Part shown: in pieces, positions 16,681 to 24,598 of the stretch | How positions within the stretch are numbered: position 1 is the first letter of the stretch | Layout: each line of letters opens with the position of its first letter | Source of the DNA: a virus | Taxonomy: Duplodnaviria; Caudoviricetes | Virus record (IMG/VR): IMGVR_UViG_3300037524_000424 | Coordinates: 1-64,000 of that record | Reading direction: 5' to 3' (one strand) | Length of the DNA: 64,000 nucleotides | Made by a program: the position numbers and the translations under genes | The notes under the pieces: model-generated | Databases searched by the model: none | The model's input: only the letters and a program-made list of their open reading frames with translations | Told to the model about the DNA's origin: nothing

Positions 16681-17298
16681 ATGGCGAAATTTGAAGAACT
16701 TAAAAACAAACTTTTAGTCGGCAAACTAACCCCAGACGAAGAGGCAGAATATCTGGCAGCTTTGAAAGAAAAACAGCTAGAAACAGGTAAATACGACACT
16801 AATAAAGCGAGAATGTTAGATCAAGAGAGAACCGACAGAATGTTGAGGGAGAGAGGGGAGAGACTATTAAATCCTGCATCTCCAAAAGATCTTCCTGAAA
16901 AAGTATGGGATGCTAAAGCTGCTCGTGGGGCTAAAGATGTAGCCGAAGAAGTGCCAACTCTTTACGACTTAGATGAGGAAAAGTTGCGCTATAAAGAACT
17001 TATGAAAGAACAGAAACGGGCGGATATGCTGTCCGGGAAGGGCACTAAAAGATTCGGCAAGATAGCCGGAAAGTTGGGGAAAAAAGTTGCCATGGGGATA
17101 CCTCTTATTGGTCCAGCAATAGCTGGCATTTCTGCTTTAGCGACCAACGATGCGGCAGCCGCAGTTCCCTTTCTAAATGAAGCAGAGGATACCGGAGCTG
17201 CTCCAGGATCATTGTCGGCTAAACTAGAGTCTGGACAACGACTTACTCCCGAGGAAATGGAAGAATTTAAACGGCAAATGGAAAAAGAACTGGAGTAA
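16681..17298 (+). CDS. hypothetical virion-associated protein
   Basis: Charged N-terminus, Ala/Gly hydrophobic segment. Confidence 0.55.
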   Translation: MAKFEELKNKLLVGKLTPDEEAEYLAALKEKQLETGKYDTNKARMLDQERTDRMLRERGERLLNPASPKDLPEKVWDAKAARGAKDVAEEVPTLYDLDEEKLRYKELMKEQKRADMLSGKGTKRFGKIAGKLGKKVAMGIPLIGPAIAGISALATNDAAAAVPFLNEAEDTGAAPGSLSAKLESGQRLTPEEMEEFKRQMEKELE

Positions 17299-17300
17299 CT

Positions 17301-17615
17301 ATGAAGGAAAAACTTAAAGCATTTTTGGATAAATTAAACAAACAGTCCGATCCTTTAAGCGAAGAAGTTAATCCTCGTAGCCGAGAAGTTATGAATAAAA
17401 TGCTGGATGACTCTCCGCTCCAAGACGACGAGTATTACTACGAACCGGGAGAGAGCGAAGAAGATAATATCCCGAGAGAAGTCCATGCTGAGAGAAAAGC
17501 AAAAATCCAAGAACGCAGAATGGCGGACTGGAGAAAGATGGACAAAGAATATAAGAATAAACCTAGTTTCAAGAAGTTAATGCAGAAAATGGGAATAAGT
17601 AAAGAAGAAGAATAG
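17301..17615 (+). CDS. hypothetical charged protein
   Basis: ORF in the head operon. Confidence 0.55.
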   Translation: MKEKLKAFLDKLNKQSDPLSEEVNPRSREVMNKMLDDSPLQDDEYYYEPGESEEDNIPREVHAERKAKIQERRMADWRKMDKEYKNKPSFKKLMQKMGISKEEE

Positions 17616-17619
17616 TCCT

Positions 17620-17673
17620 ATCCAATATCGGACGGACATATCCTTGCCTACCTAAGGGCGGCAACATAAGGAG
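17620..17673 (+). promoter_or_regulatory. structured leader of the scaffold gene
   Basis: TTGCC(17644-48)/GGCAA(17660-64) hairpin; TCCTT can pair with the RBS AAGGA. Confidence 0.45.
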
Positions 17674-17678
17674 TATTT

Positions 17679-18638
17679 ATGAGTAACGAGGCAATCGCCG
17701 AAAGTGTCGACGCATCTAGCGAGTCCGCGGAAACCCCCGTAGAGAGCATTTCAGAGGCATCTGACGCATCCGAAGAGGCAACCCCTAGTCAGGGTGAGGC
17801 TGAACTTCAAAAAGCGTTAGAAACCAAGATTAAGAGTTTAAAACTCAAAATTGACGGGCAGGAAATTTCCGAGGACCTCCCCTTTGAAGTAACCCCCGAA
17901 CAAGCAGAGTGGCTGAAAAAAGAACTTCAATTAGCCCGAGTCTCCAGTAAACGTATGCAAGAAGCTGCCGAACTGAGAAAGAAAACTATCCAGTCAGAAG
18001 AAGAAGTCCAGAATTTCATTAACTATTTGAAAGCTAACCCCATGGAAGTATTAGAGAAAATGGGATTGGACACCAAAGAAATCAGCGAGAAACGACTTCA
18101 AGCTGAAATTGAAAAGATGCAGATGTCTGACGAGGAAAGAAAAATCCAAGAACTTCAGGAAAAAGTTCGTGCTTATGAGGAAGAGCAAAAACGGATTAAG
18201 GAACAATCCAAGTTGGAAAGAGAAGAAGCACTTCGGAATCAATATGCTGCCGAGTATGAAAAGGATTTGATGGCAACTTTGGAAGAGTCAGGTTTGGGCT
18301 ATAATCCAGAAATCATTCAACGTCTTAACCAGTACATGCATACAGCATTAAAGTTGGGAATTAATCTGTCTTATAAAGACTTAATGCCGATGGTAACTGA
18401 AAGTATTAATGCTGATATTGCTAAGTTAGTGTCCAGTTTTTCAGTTGAGCAGATTGAGAAGTTGTTGGGCGAAGATAAGATTAAAGGACTCGTAAGTAAG
18501 CGAAAAGTCGTGAAAAAGGAAGTTCCTCCAACGGCTAAGAGTATTACTGATACAACTGTAGCAAAGACCAAGGAAGATCCGTTTAAAAGGGTTTTTAAAA
18601 GTGGTCCAAATGCTAGAGACTTCTTTAATGGTATCTAG
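17679..18638 (+). CDS. capsid scaffolding protein
   Basis: Acidic N-terminus, long coiled coil, directly before MCP. Confidence 0.8.
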   Translation: MSNEAIAESVDASSESAETPVESISEASDASEEATPSQGEAELQKALETKIKSLKLKIDGQEISEDLPFEVTPEQAEWLKKELQLARVSSKRMQEAAELRKKTIQSEEEVQNFINYLKANPMEVLEKMGLDTKEISEKRLQAEIEKMQMSDEERKIQELQEKVRAYEEEQKRIKEQSKLEREEALRNQYAAEYEKDLMATLEESGLGYNPEIIQRLNQYMHTALKLGINLSYKDLMPMVTESINADIAKLVSSFSVEQIEKLLGEDKIKGLVSKRKVVKKEVPPTAKSITDTTVAKTKEDPFKRVFKSGPNARDFFNGI

Positions 18639-18639
18639 T

Positions 18640-18648
18640 CATCAAGTA
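18640..18648 (+). promoter_or_regulatory. CATCAAGTA motif copy 5 (before major capsid)
   Basis: 1 nt after the scaffold stop. Confidence 0.7.
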
Positions 18649-18663
18649 TAAATAGATAGGGTT

Positions 18664-18753
18664 TATTTATCGCAGTTACCGTATTCTATGCGATTGCCTA
18701 ATACCCGCAAGGATTTAGGACATACCAATTGGTTGAAGTAATGATGATAAATA
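18664..18753 (+). promoter_or_regulatory. structured 5' leader of the major capsid gene
   Basis: ATCGCA/TGCGAT stem; CCTAA..CC-GCAA-GG..TTAGG stem with GNRA loop; alternative TATTTATC/GATAAATA pairing. Confidence 0.5.
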
Positions 18754-18805
18754 GCTTTGAGTGTAGAGTTGTTTATTATTATTTAATTTTAACTAGGAGT
18801 TTAAA

Positions 18806-20083
18806 ATGTCTGAATTTAACGATATGGCTACCTTAACTGGTTTCCATAAAATTGTCTATGGTGATAAACTCACCGATTTAGTTCCAGAAGGTGTAAAACT
18901 TGCAAAAATGGTAGCTTTCTCAAAAGCTGACAAACGTCAAGGGTTGGAGTATCGTACTCCTGTAAACCTAAGATTAGAGCACGGGGTAAGTTACTTGGGA
19001 CCAAACGGAAATCAAACTTCTTTACAAACAGCAATTGCTGGTGCTACTGCTGAAGCCTCTGTAAAGGGTTGTGAAATGATTCTTCGAGGACGTATTGGTA
19101 TTGCTGCTATTTCTCGTTCTGTAAACGATAAAGCATCTTACGGTCGCGCTACTAAACACGTTATTAAGAATCTATTGATTTCTTCTTACAAGAAACATGA
19201 ACAAATGTTGTTCTACGGTCAGTCAGGTTTAGCCGTTGTTGAAAGTATCAGTGGTCAAATAGTAAAATTGACTGTTGATAGTTTTGCTCCTGGTATTTGG
19301 GCTGGCGCAGAAGGTATGAAAATTGACTTCTATGATAGTTTAGACCCTCTTGTTGGTACTCAACAAGGTGCAGTAACTAGTGGTTATTCTATTTCTAGTG
19401 TTAATATTCGTACTCGTGAATTGACTGTAGTTGGTTCATTGGCTGGTGTTGCTGCTGGTGACTTCGTACTTGAATTTGGAGCTTTTAGCAACGAATTTCT
19501 TGGTTTAGAAGCCATGTTAAAAGAATCTGCCGGTAATGTTTTCGGAATCTCTACTGCTAACTACTCTCTTTGGAGAGGAAACGTATACGATTTAGTAGCC
19601 GATGGCGGAGAAACTGCTCCTGCTCCTTTGTCCTTCAAACACATCTCTATGGCAATTGCCGATGCAGTTTCTAAGGGGTTAGAAGGTAAACTAGATTGTT
19701 TCGTAAACCCCAAAACTTGGGCAGATTTGTTGAATGAGCAAACCGCTCTTCGTTCTTTTGACTCTTCTTACAGCGTTAAAAAATACGAAAACGGTAGCCA
19801 AGCCATTCAATTCTACTCACAAAACGGTTTGATTGAAATTCACTCTTCAACTTATGTAAAACAAAGTCTTGCTTTCTTACTAGACCTTTCTTGTTTTACT
19901 CGGGTTGGTTCAAGTGACATTACTTTCAATCTTCCTGGAACAAACGAAGAATTTATGGTTAAATTGCAAGAACACAATGCAATCGAGTACCGCACTTATT
20001 GTGACGTTGCTCTTTTCTGTGATGCAATTGGTCATAACATTCTGATTTCTTCTATCAAAAACAGTCCTGACTATAATCCGTAG
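18806..20083 (+). CDS. major capsid protein
   Basis: 425 aa after scaffold, own promoter motif, strong codon bias, followed by a terminator. Confidence 0.8.
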   Translation: MSEFNDMATLTGFHKIVYGDKLTDLVPEGVKLAKMVAFSKADKRQGLEYRTPVNLRLEHGVSYLGPNGNQTSLQTAIAGATAEASVKGCEMILRGRIGIAAISRSVNDKASYGRATKHVIKNLLISSYKKHEQMLFYGQSGLAVVESISGQIVKLTVDSFAPGIWAGAEGMKIDFYDSLDPLVGTQQGAVTSGYSISSVNIRTRELTVVGSLAGVAAGDFVLEFGAFSNEFLGLEAMLKESAGNVFGISTANYSLWRGNVYDLVADGGETAPAPLSFKHISMAIADAVSKGLEGKLDCFVNPKTWADLLNEQTALRSFDSSYSVKKYENGSQAIQFYSQNGLIEIHSSTYVKQSLAFLLDLSCFTRVGSSDITFNLPGTNEEFMVKLQEHNAIEYRTYCDVALFCDAIGHNILISSIKNSPDYNP

Positions 20084-20092
20084 TCATTTTCA

Positions 20093-20118
20093 GCCGGGGA
20101 GTTCTTCCCCGGTTTTCT
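20093..20118 (+). terminator. intrinsic terminator after MCP
   Basis: GCCGGGGA-GTTC-TTCCCCGGT then TTTCTCT. Confidence 0.8.
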
Positions 20119-20134
20119 CTCTCCTCTCCCTAGT

Positions 20135-20143
20135 CATCAAGTA
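20135..20143 (+). promoter_or_regulatory. CATCAAGTA motif copy 6
   Basis: Directly after the terminator; followed by TACTATATA. Confidence 0.72.
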
Positions 20144-20170
20144 TACTATATACCCCCTGGGAGTTTAATC

Positions 20171-20740
20171 ATGTCTAAGAAAATCAATCTCGGTTCTAGC
20201 CAATATACTCTTTCAACCCAAGGAGACCCTGCTGGTTGGGGAGAGGAACAGTCTGACCTTATCGAAGCCATCGTAGACTCAATTAACGGTTTCTTTGGTC
20301 CAGGAGACATCCTTCCGGTTTCGTCCTTAATCGAAAACGATACACCAGACTTTAAACCAGTTCCATCGCTACAGTTTAATAGTGCCCTAGTCCGTTTTGC
20401 AGAAATTAACTATACAATAATCCGTACTAGCAGAATCCAACTCCTTCCTGTAATTAACAATGTTATTTATGAGGTAGGTAAAATTTTCACATTAAATGAT
20501 CCAAATACAGGAACTTGGGCACTAAACGTCCAAAATGTAAGCGGTAATGGGGACGAACTTCCTGGAGTTTTTGTAGATGCCCCAACTTCTGGTGAGGTAG
20601 GAAGTGCCGGAGTAGAGTTTAGGATTAATAGTTTTGGTCAGGTTGAATATAAATCAAGAGAAATGTCTGGAGACTATCAAAACAACGAATCCTATATCAA
20701 CTTTAGTGCTAAAGCAATCGTAAAACAAAGGATCGTATAA
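20171..20740 (+). CDS. tail-associated structural protein
   Basis: Shares the Y.I.R...E.G...W...GV.F.I...GQV.Y.S domain with 24168-24554 and the C-terminus of 20840-24151. Confidence 0.6.
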   Translation: MSKKINLGSSQYTLSTQGDPAGWGEEQSDLIEAIVDSINGFFGPGDILPVSSLIENDTPDFKPVPSLQFNSALVRFAEINYTIIRTSRIQLLPVINNVIYEVGKIFTLNDPNTGTWALNVQNVSGNGDELPGVFVDAPTSGEVGSAGVEFRINSFGQVEYKSREMSGDYQNNESYINFSAKAIVKQRIV

Positions 20741-20781
20741 TGGGCTGCGGTAAGAAAAAAGGTAAGAAAACTAAGAAGTAA
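20740..20781 (+). CDS. 13 aa basic micropeptide MGCGKKKGKKTKK (not in ORF track)
   Basis: TAATG coupling, AAGGA RBS. Confidence 0.5.
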   Translation: MGCGKKKGKKTKK

Positions 20782-20839
20782 TCCAATCGTTCTAGTTGGT
20801 TAGAAGCCGCTGGAAACAGTGTGACACTAGGAGACATCA

Positions 20840-23800
20840 ATGGCAACTCGTCGTTTTTATTCATTCACCAAGGGCATCATTCTTAAACCCGAAAACAGCG
20901 ACCCCACAGATAACATCGAAGGGTCAGTCTGGGTTAGAGCGTCAGAACTCAAGGCGTTTCTAGATGGAAACGTACGCACTTTAGTCAGCACTAACCAAAT
21001 ACAGACAATATCCATGAAATTCTTAGACGCTACAAACGTCGTAGAATATGAACCGACTGGGGCACCTTCAGGATTAATCGCTGATAATGTCCAGGGTGCT
21101 ATAGTTGAAATTGAAGGACGGATTATAGCCGACGAACAGGCATTAGCAGACCACATAGGAGAAGATGAGGGTGCCCACGCTGCTTCAGCTATTAGCGTAG
21201 TTCCGACTGGCAATTTAGCCGCCATTGAAGTCCAGGCAGCACTAGAAGAACTCCAAGGTGACATTGATAACATTAATGCTGAAACTTATGTAAACAGTTT
21301 TAATACACGGACAGGAGATGTAGTAGCCGAAACTAGCGACTATGACGCCGACCAAGTCGACTATGATAACACTACCTCATTATTGACTGCTACTGACGTT
21401 CAAGCCGCGATTGATGAAGTAGACTTTGACTTGGATACTCATAAGGGTAATGCCGCAATTCACTTCACTGAGGGCAGTATTGACCATGATAATATCCAAA
21501 ATGTAGGCACTAACACCCACTCTCAGATTGACTCACATATAGCCGACACCAGCATACACTTTACTTCTGGAAGTATCAGTCACTTAGACATTCAGGATAT
21601 TGGACTTAACACTCACGATGATATTGATGATCACATAGCCGCGACTTCAGCACACGGAGTTACCGGGGATGTAGTTGGCACTTCAGATACACAAGTTTTA
21701 AGCAATAAAAGGTTTAGTGATGCTATTACGTTGACCGAGATTGCCACTCCAGCAAATCCTGCCGCTACTCAGTATAAGATATATCCAAAAAATGACGGAA
21801 AGATTTATAAACTGGATAGTTTGGGTAATGAGGTAGAGATTGGAGGAGGCGGAGGCTACGACTTACAAGGGAGTATGACTGTTGCTAATGATGAAGCCGG
21901 GGAAGATATTTCAGGATTTATGCTTAATCCTATAGCGGGAGAACACGTTAAGGTTGATTATAGTGTGACTAGGAAGCATGACGGTTCTGATGTGACTGCT
22001 AGTTTTGATGCTCCAGTTGCTGGAGTAACTGGAAATGTAGAACTAGAAGCCGATATTGCAGGAGTTGGCGGTAACTCTATCCTTTTAGTTAACGATTATG
22101 TTCCACCAGTTGCTGCGTCTTTTGATGCCCCTATAACCGGACTTACTGGGAACGCAGAACTAGTAGCAGATGTTGCTGGTAGTGCTGGTAATAGTATATT
22201 ACTGTCTCATAATTATTTAGCTGCTACCCAAGCTAGTTTTAATGCACCAGTAGCAGGAGTTACTGGAAACGTAAATTTACAAGCAAATAATGCAGGTACT
22301 GTTGGTAATAGTATATTATTGACTGGAGCATTTTTACCGCCATCATTAGACCTCTTTTATACTAATGCTGTAGATGGTGCTAAATTTAATGGGGCAATAT
22401 ATTCTATTTCAAGACAATCTAATGGACAAATACTAGTTGCAGGAAATTTTACTAATTATGATGGAGTATCTGGTCGCTCTTATTTAGTTAGATTAAATTC
22501 TAATGGAAGTACAGATACTGCATTTTGTAATGCAGCCGTAGATGGGGGCAAATTTAATGCGGTAGTACTGATCGTATTGGCTCAACAAAATGGGCAAATT
22601 TTAGTCGGAGGGTCATTCACTAGTTATAATTCCACTTTTGGAAGAAATGCCTTGGTTAGACTAAACTCTGATGGAAGTACAGATACTGCATTTTGTACCA
22701 ATGCCATAGATATTTCTAAATTTGCTTCAGGAACTAGTGCTGTTTTAAGTTTAACCGAACAAGCAAATAATCAAATTTTGGTAGGAGGGCAGTTTACTAG
22801 TTATGGGGGGTTTACTGGGAGAAATATGCTAATTCGTCTCAATTCTGACGGAAATCTCGATACTTTATTTTGTAATAATGCAGTAGACGGGGCAAAATTT
22901 GGGAATCCTTGTAGATCTATGGTCGAGCAATTAGATGGAAAAATAATAGTTGGAGGAACTATACCTAACTATGGAGGAACAACTGGAAGAAATAACCTAA
23001 TACGACTTAATTCTAATGGGACTTTAGATACTGCCTTTTGTAATAATGCTACTGATAGTAATAAATTTGCTTCTACTGTGAATAAATGCTCACTCCAGAC
23101 CGATGGGTCAATAATAGTAGCAGGGGTCTTTTCAGATTATGCAGGAACTTCAGGAAGAAGTAGGTTAGTTAGGTTGGATTCTAATGGTAATTTAGATACT
23201 ATCTTTTGTAATAATGCTACCGACGGTAATAAATTTAACAATATACTATATGGAAATGTCATACAATCCGATGGTAAAATTCTAATCGGCGGGTATTTTA
23301 CCGATTATGCGGGAACTACTGGAAGAAGTAGATTAATACGCCTTAATACTGATGGTACTCTCGATACTGCCTTTTGTAATAATGCATCTGACGGTACAAA
23401 AATATCTGACTTCATTTTAGATATAATAGTACAACCTGACAATAAAATTCTAGTTGGTGGAGACTTTTTAAACTATAATGGAACTACTGGCAGAAACCGA
23501 CTACTCAGACTCAGCCCTACCGGCACAGTAAACGAAAATATACTCAAAACACTAACTACCTTAGTTTCCGAATGGAACGCCGCAAATCCAGGCAACCAAG
23601 TTACCCTATTGAGTGGAAATGGAGCAAATCAACCTAATGATGGTGCCCCTATGCAATTAGCAGGAGGAACAAACTCCAGTGGTTCTACGCTAAATACCTT
23701 AGCAACCAACTGGAACTCTGCAAATCCAGGTAATACTGTAACTATACTATCAGCTAATGGAGGTCAAGTACCACAGCAAAATATACAGTTAACCGGCGGA

Positions 23801-24151
23801 TTGGACGCTACTGGGACAATTTTAAGCAACTTAGTAAGCACTTGGAACTCAGCAAACCCAGGTAATACCGTAACACTCCTTTCAGCTAATGGTGGGGATA
23901 TTCCCCAACAAGACATACAGTTATCTGGGGGATTAGATAATACCGGAGCTACCTACCTTCGAGAGTCCGGTTCCTACTATATACAGTTTGACGAAGACCT
24001 CTCAATTTGGGACATCAAAGGTGAAACTTTTACTGGTGACTATGCTGGAGTTGACTTTTCCGTAGCAGGCAATCAAGTGCAGTATTCCTCCAGCAACATA
24101 GCTGGCACTATCGTCAAATCTGTACTGAATTGGTTTGCAAAGTATTTATAA
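20840..24151 (+). CDS. tail fibre / receptor-binding protein with delta-60-repeat beta-propeller
   Basis: N-terminal fibre motifs (VQAAIDE, His-rich); about 7 Q.DGKI.VGG.FT.Y.G...RN.L.RLN.DG.LDT.F repeats. Confidence 0.8.
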   Translation: MATRRFYSFTKGIILKPENSDPTDNIEGSVWVRASELKAFLDGNVRTLVSTNQIQTISMKFLDATNVVEYEPTGAPSGLIADNVQGAIVEIEGRIIADEQALADHIGEDEGAHAASAISVVPTGNLAAIEVQAALEELQGDIDNINAETYVNSFNTRTGDVVAETSDYDADQVDYDNTTSLLTATDVQAAIDEVDFDLDTHKGNAAIHFTEGSIDHDNIQNVGTNTHSQIDSHIADTSIHFTSGSISHLDIQDIGLNTHDDIDDHIAATSAHGVTGDVVGTSDTQVLSNKRFSDAITLTEIATPANPAATQYKIYPKNDGKIYKLDSLGNEVEIGGGGGYDLQGSMTVANDEAGEDISGFMLNPIAGEHVKVDYSVTRKHDGSDVTASFDAPVAGVTGNVELEADIAGVGGNSILLVNDYVPPVAASFDAPITGLTGNAELVADVAGSAGNSILLSHNYLAATQASFNAPVAGVTGNVNLQANNAGTVGNSILLTGAFLPPSLDLFYTNAVDGAKFNGAIYSISRQSNGQILVAGNFTNYDGVSGRSYLVRLNSNGSTDTAFCNAAVDGGKFNAVVLIVLAQQNGQILVGGSFTSYNSTFGRNALVRLNSDGSTDTAFCTNAIDISKFASGTSAVLSLTEQANNQILVGGQFTSYGGFTGRNMLIRLNSDGNLDTLFCNNAVDGAKFGNPCRSMVEQLDGKIIVGGTIPNYGGTTGRNNLIRLNSNGTLDTAFCNNATDSNKFASTVNKCSLQTDGSIIVAGVFSDYAGTSGRSRLVRLDSNGNLDTIFCNNATDGNKFNNILYGNVIQSDGKILIGGYFTDYAGTTGRSRLIRLNTDGTLDTAFCNNASDGTKISDFILDIIVQPDNKILVGGDFLNYNGTTGRNRLLRLSPTGTVNENILKTLTTLVSEWNAANPGNQVTLLSGNGANQPNDGAPMQLAGGTNSSGSTLNTLATNWNSANPGNTVTILSANGGQVPQQNIQLTGGLDATGTILSNLVSTWNSANPGNTVTLLSANGGDIPQQDIQLSGGLDNTGATYLRESGSYYIQFDEDLSIWDIKGETFTGDYAGVDFSVAGNQVQYSSSNIAGTIVKSVLNWFAKYL

Positions 24152-24167
24152 TTAAAAGGAATTTATT

Positions 24168-24554
24168 ATGGCACTTATAAAAGAGAAATGGCTTGACCCA
24201 ACAGTAAGAGCAAAGTTGTCGTCGGATATAGCGGGTACCTTTACTATCGCTAACAATCAGACTTCAGCTGCCAACGTAACTGGACTTTTAGTCGACGAAG
24301 TGACTGGACGTAGCGTTAAAATTGAGTATTCCATTATCCGACATCATACGGACTATAAGCACGAGATTGGGACTTTCTTTTTGTATTATAATCCTGTTTC
24401 TTCGTCTTGGAATCTAGTAGCCGAGACTTTTGGTGGGCTAGAAGCAGGAGTGACGTTTAGCATCACAGCCGGAGGACAAGTTCAGTATATTAGCAGCAAT
24501 TTAGCAGGAACTTTAGTGACATCGACTTTAAAATATCTAGGGAAGTATCTCTAG
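24168..24554 (+). CDS. tail-associated protein, paralog of the fibre C-terminal domain
   Basis: Ends GQVQYISSNLAGTLVTSTLKYLGKYL versus NQVQYSSSNIAGTIVKSVLNWFAKYL. Confidence 0.65.
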   Translation: MALIKEKWLDPTVRAKLSSDIAGTFTIANNQTSAANVTGLLVDEVTGRSVKIEYSIIRHHTDYKHEIGTFFLYYNPVSSSWNLVAETFGGLEAGVTFSITAGGQVQYISSNLAGTLVTSTLKYLGKYL

Positions 24555-24563
24555 CATCAAGTA
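24555..24563 (+). promoter_or_regulatory. CATCAAGTA motif copy 7
   Basis: Abuts the stop; followed by TAATTATAAT. Confidence 0.7.
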
Positions 24564-24598
24564 TAATTATAATATCCTGGAAGTGAAAGGAGAGAAAA

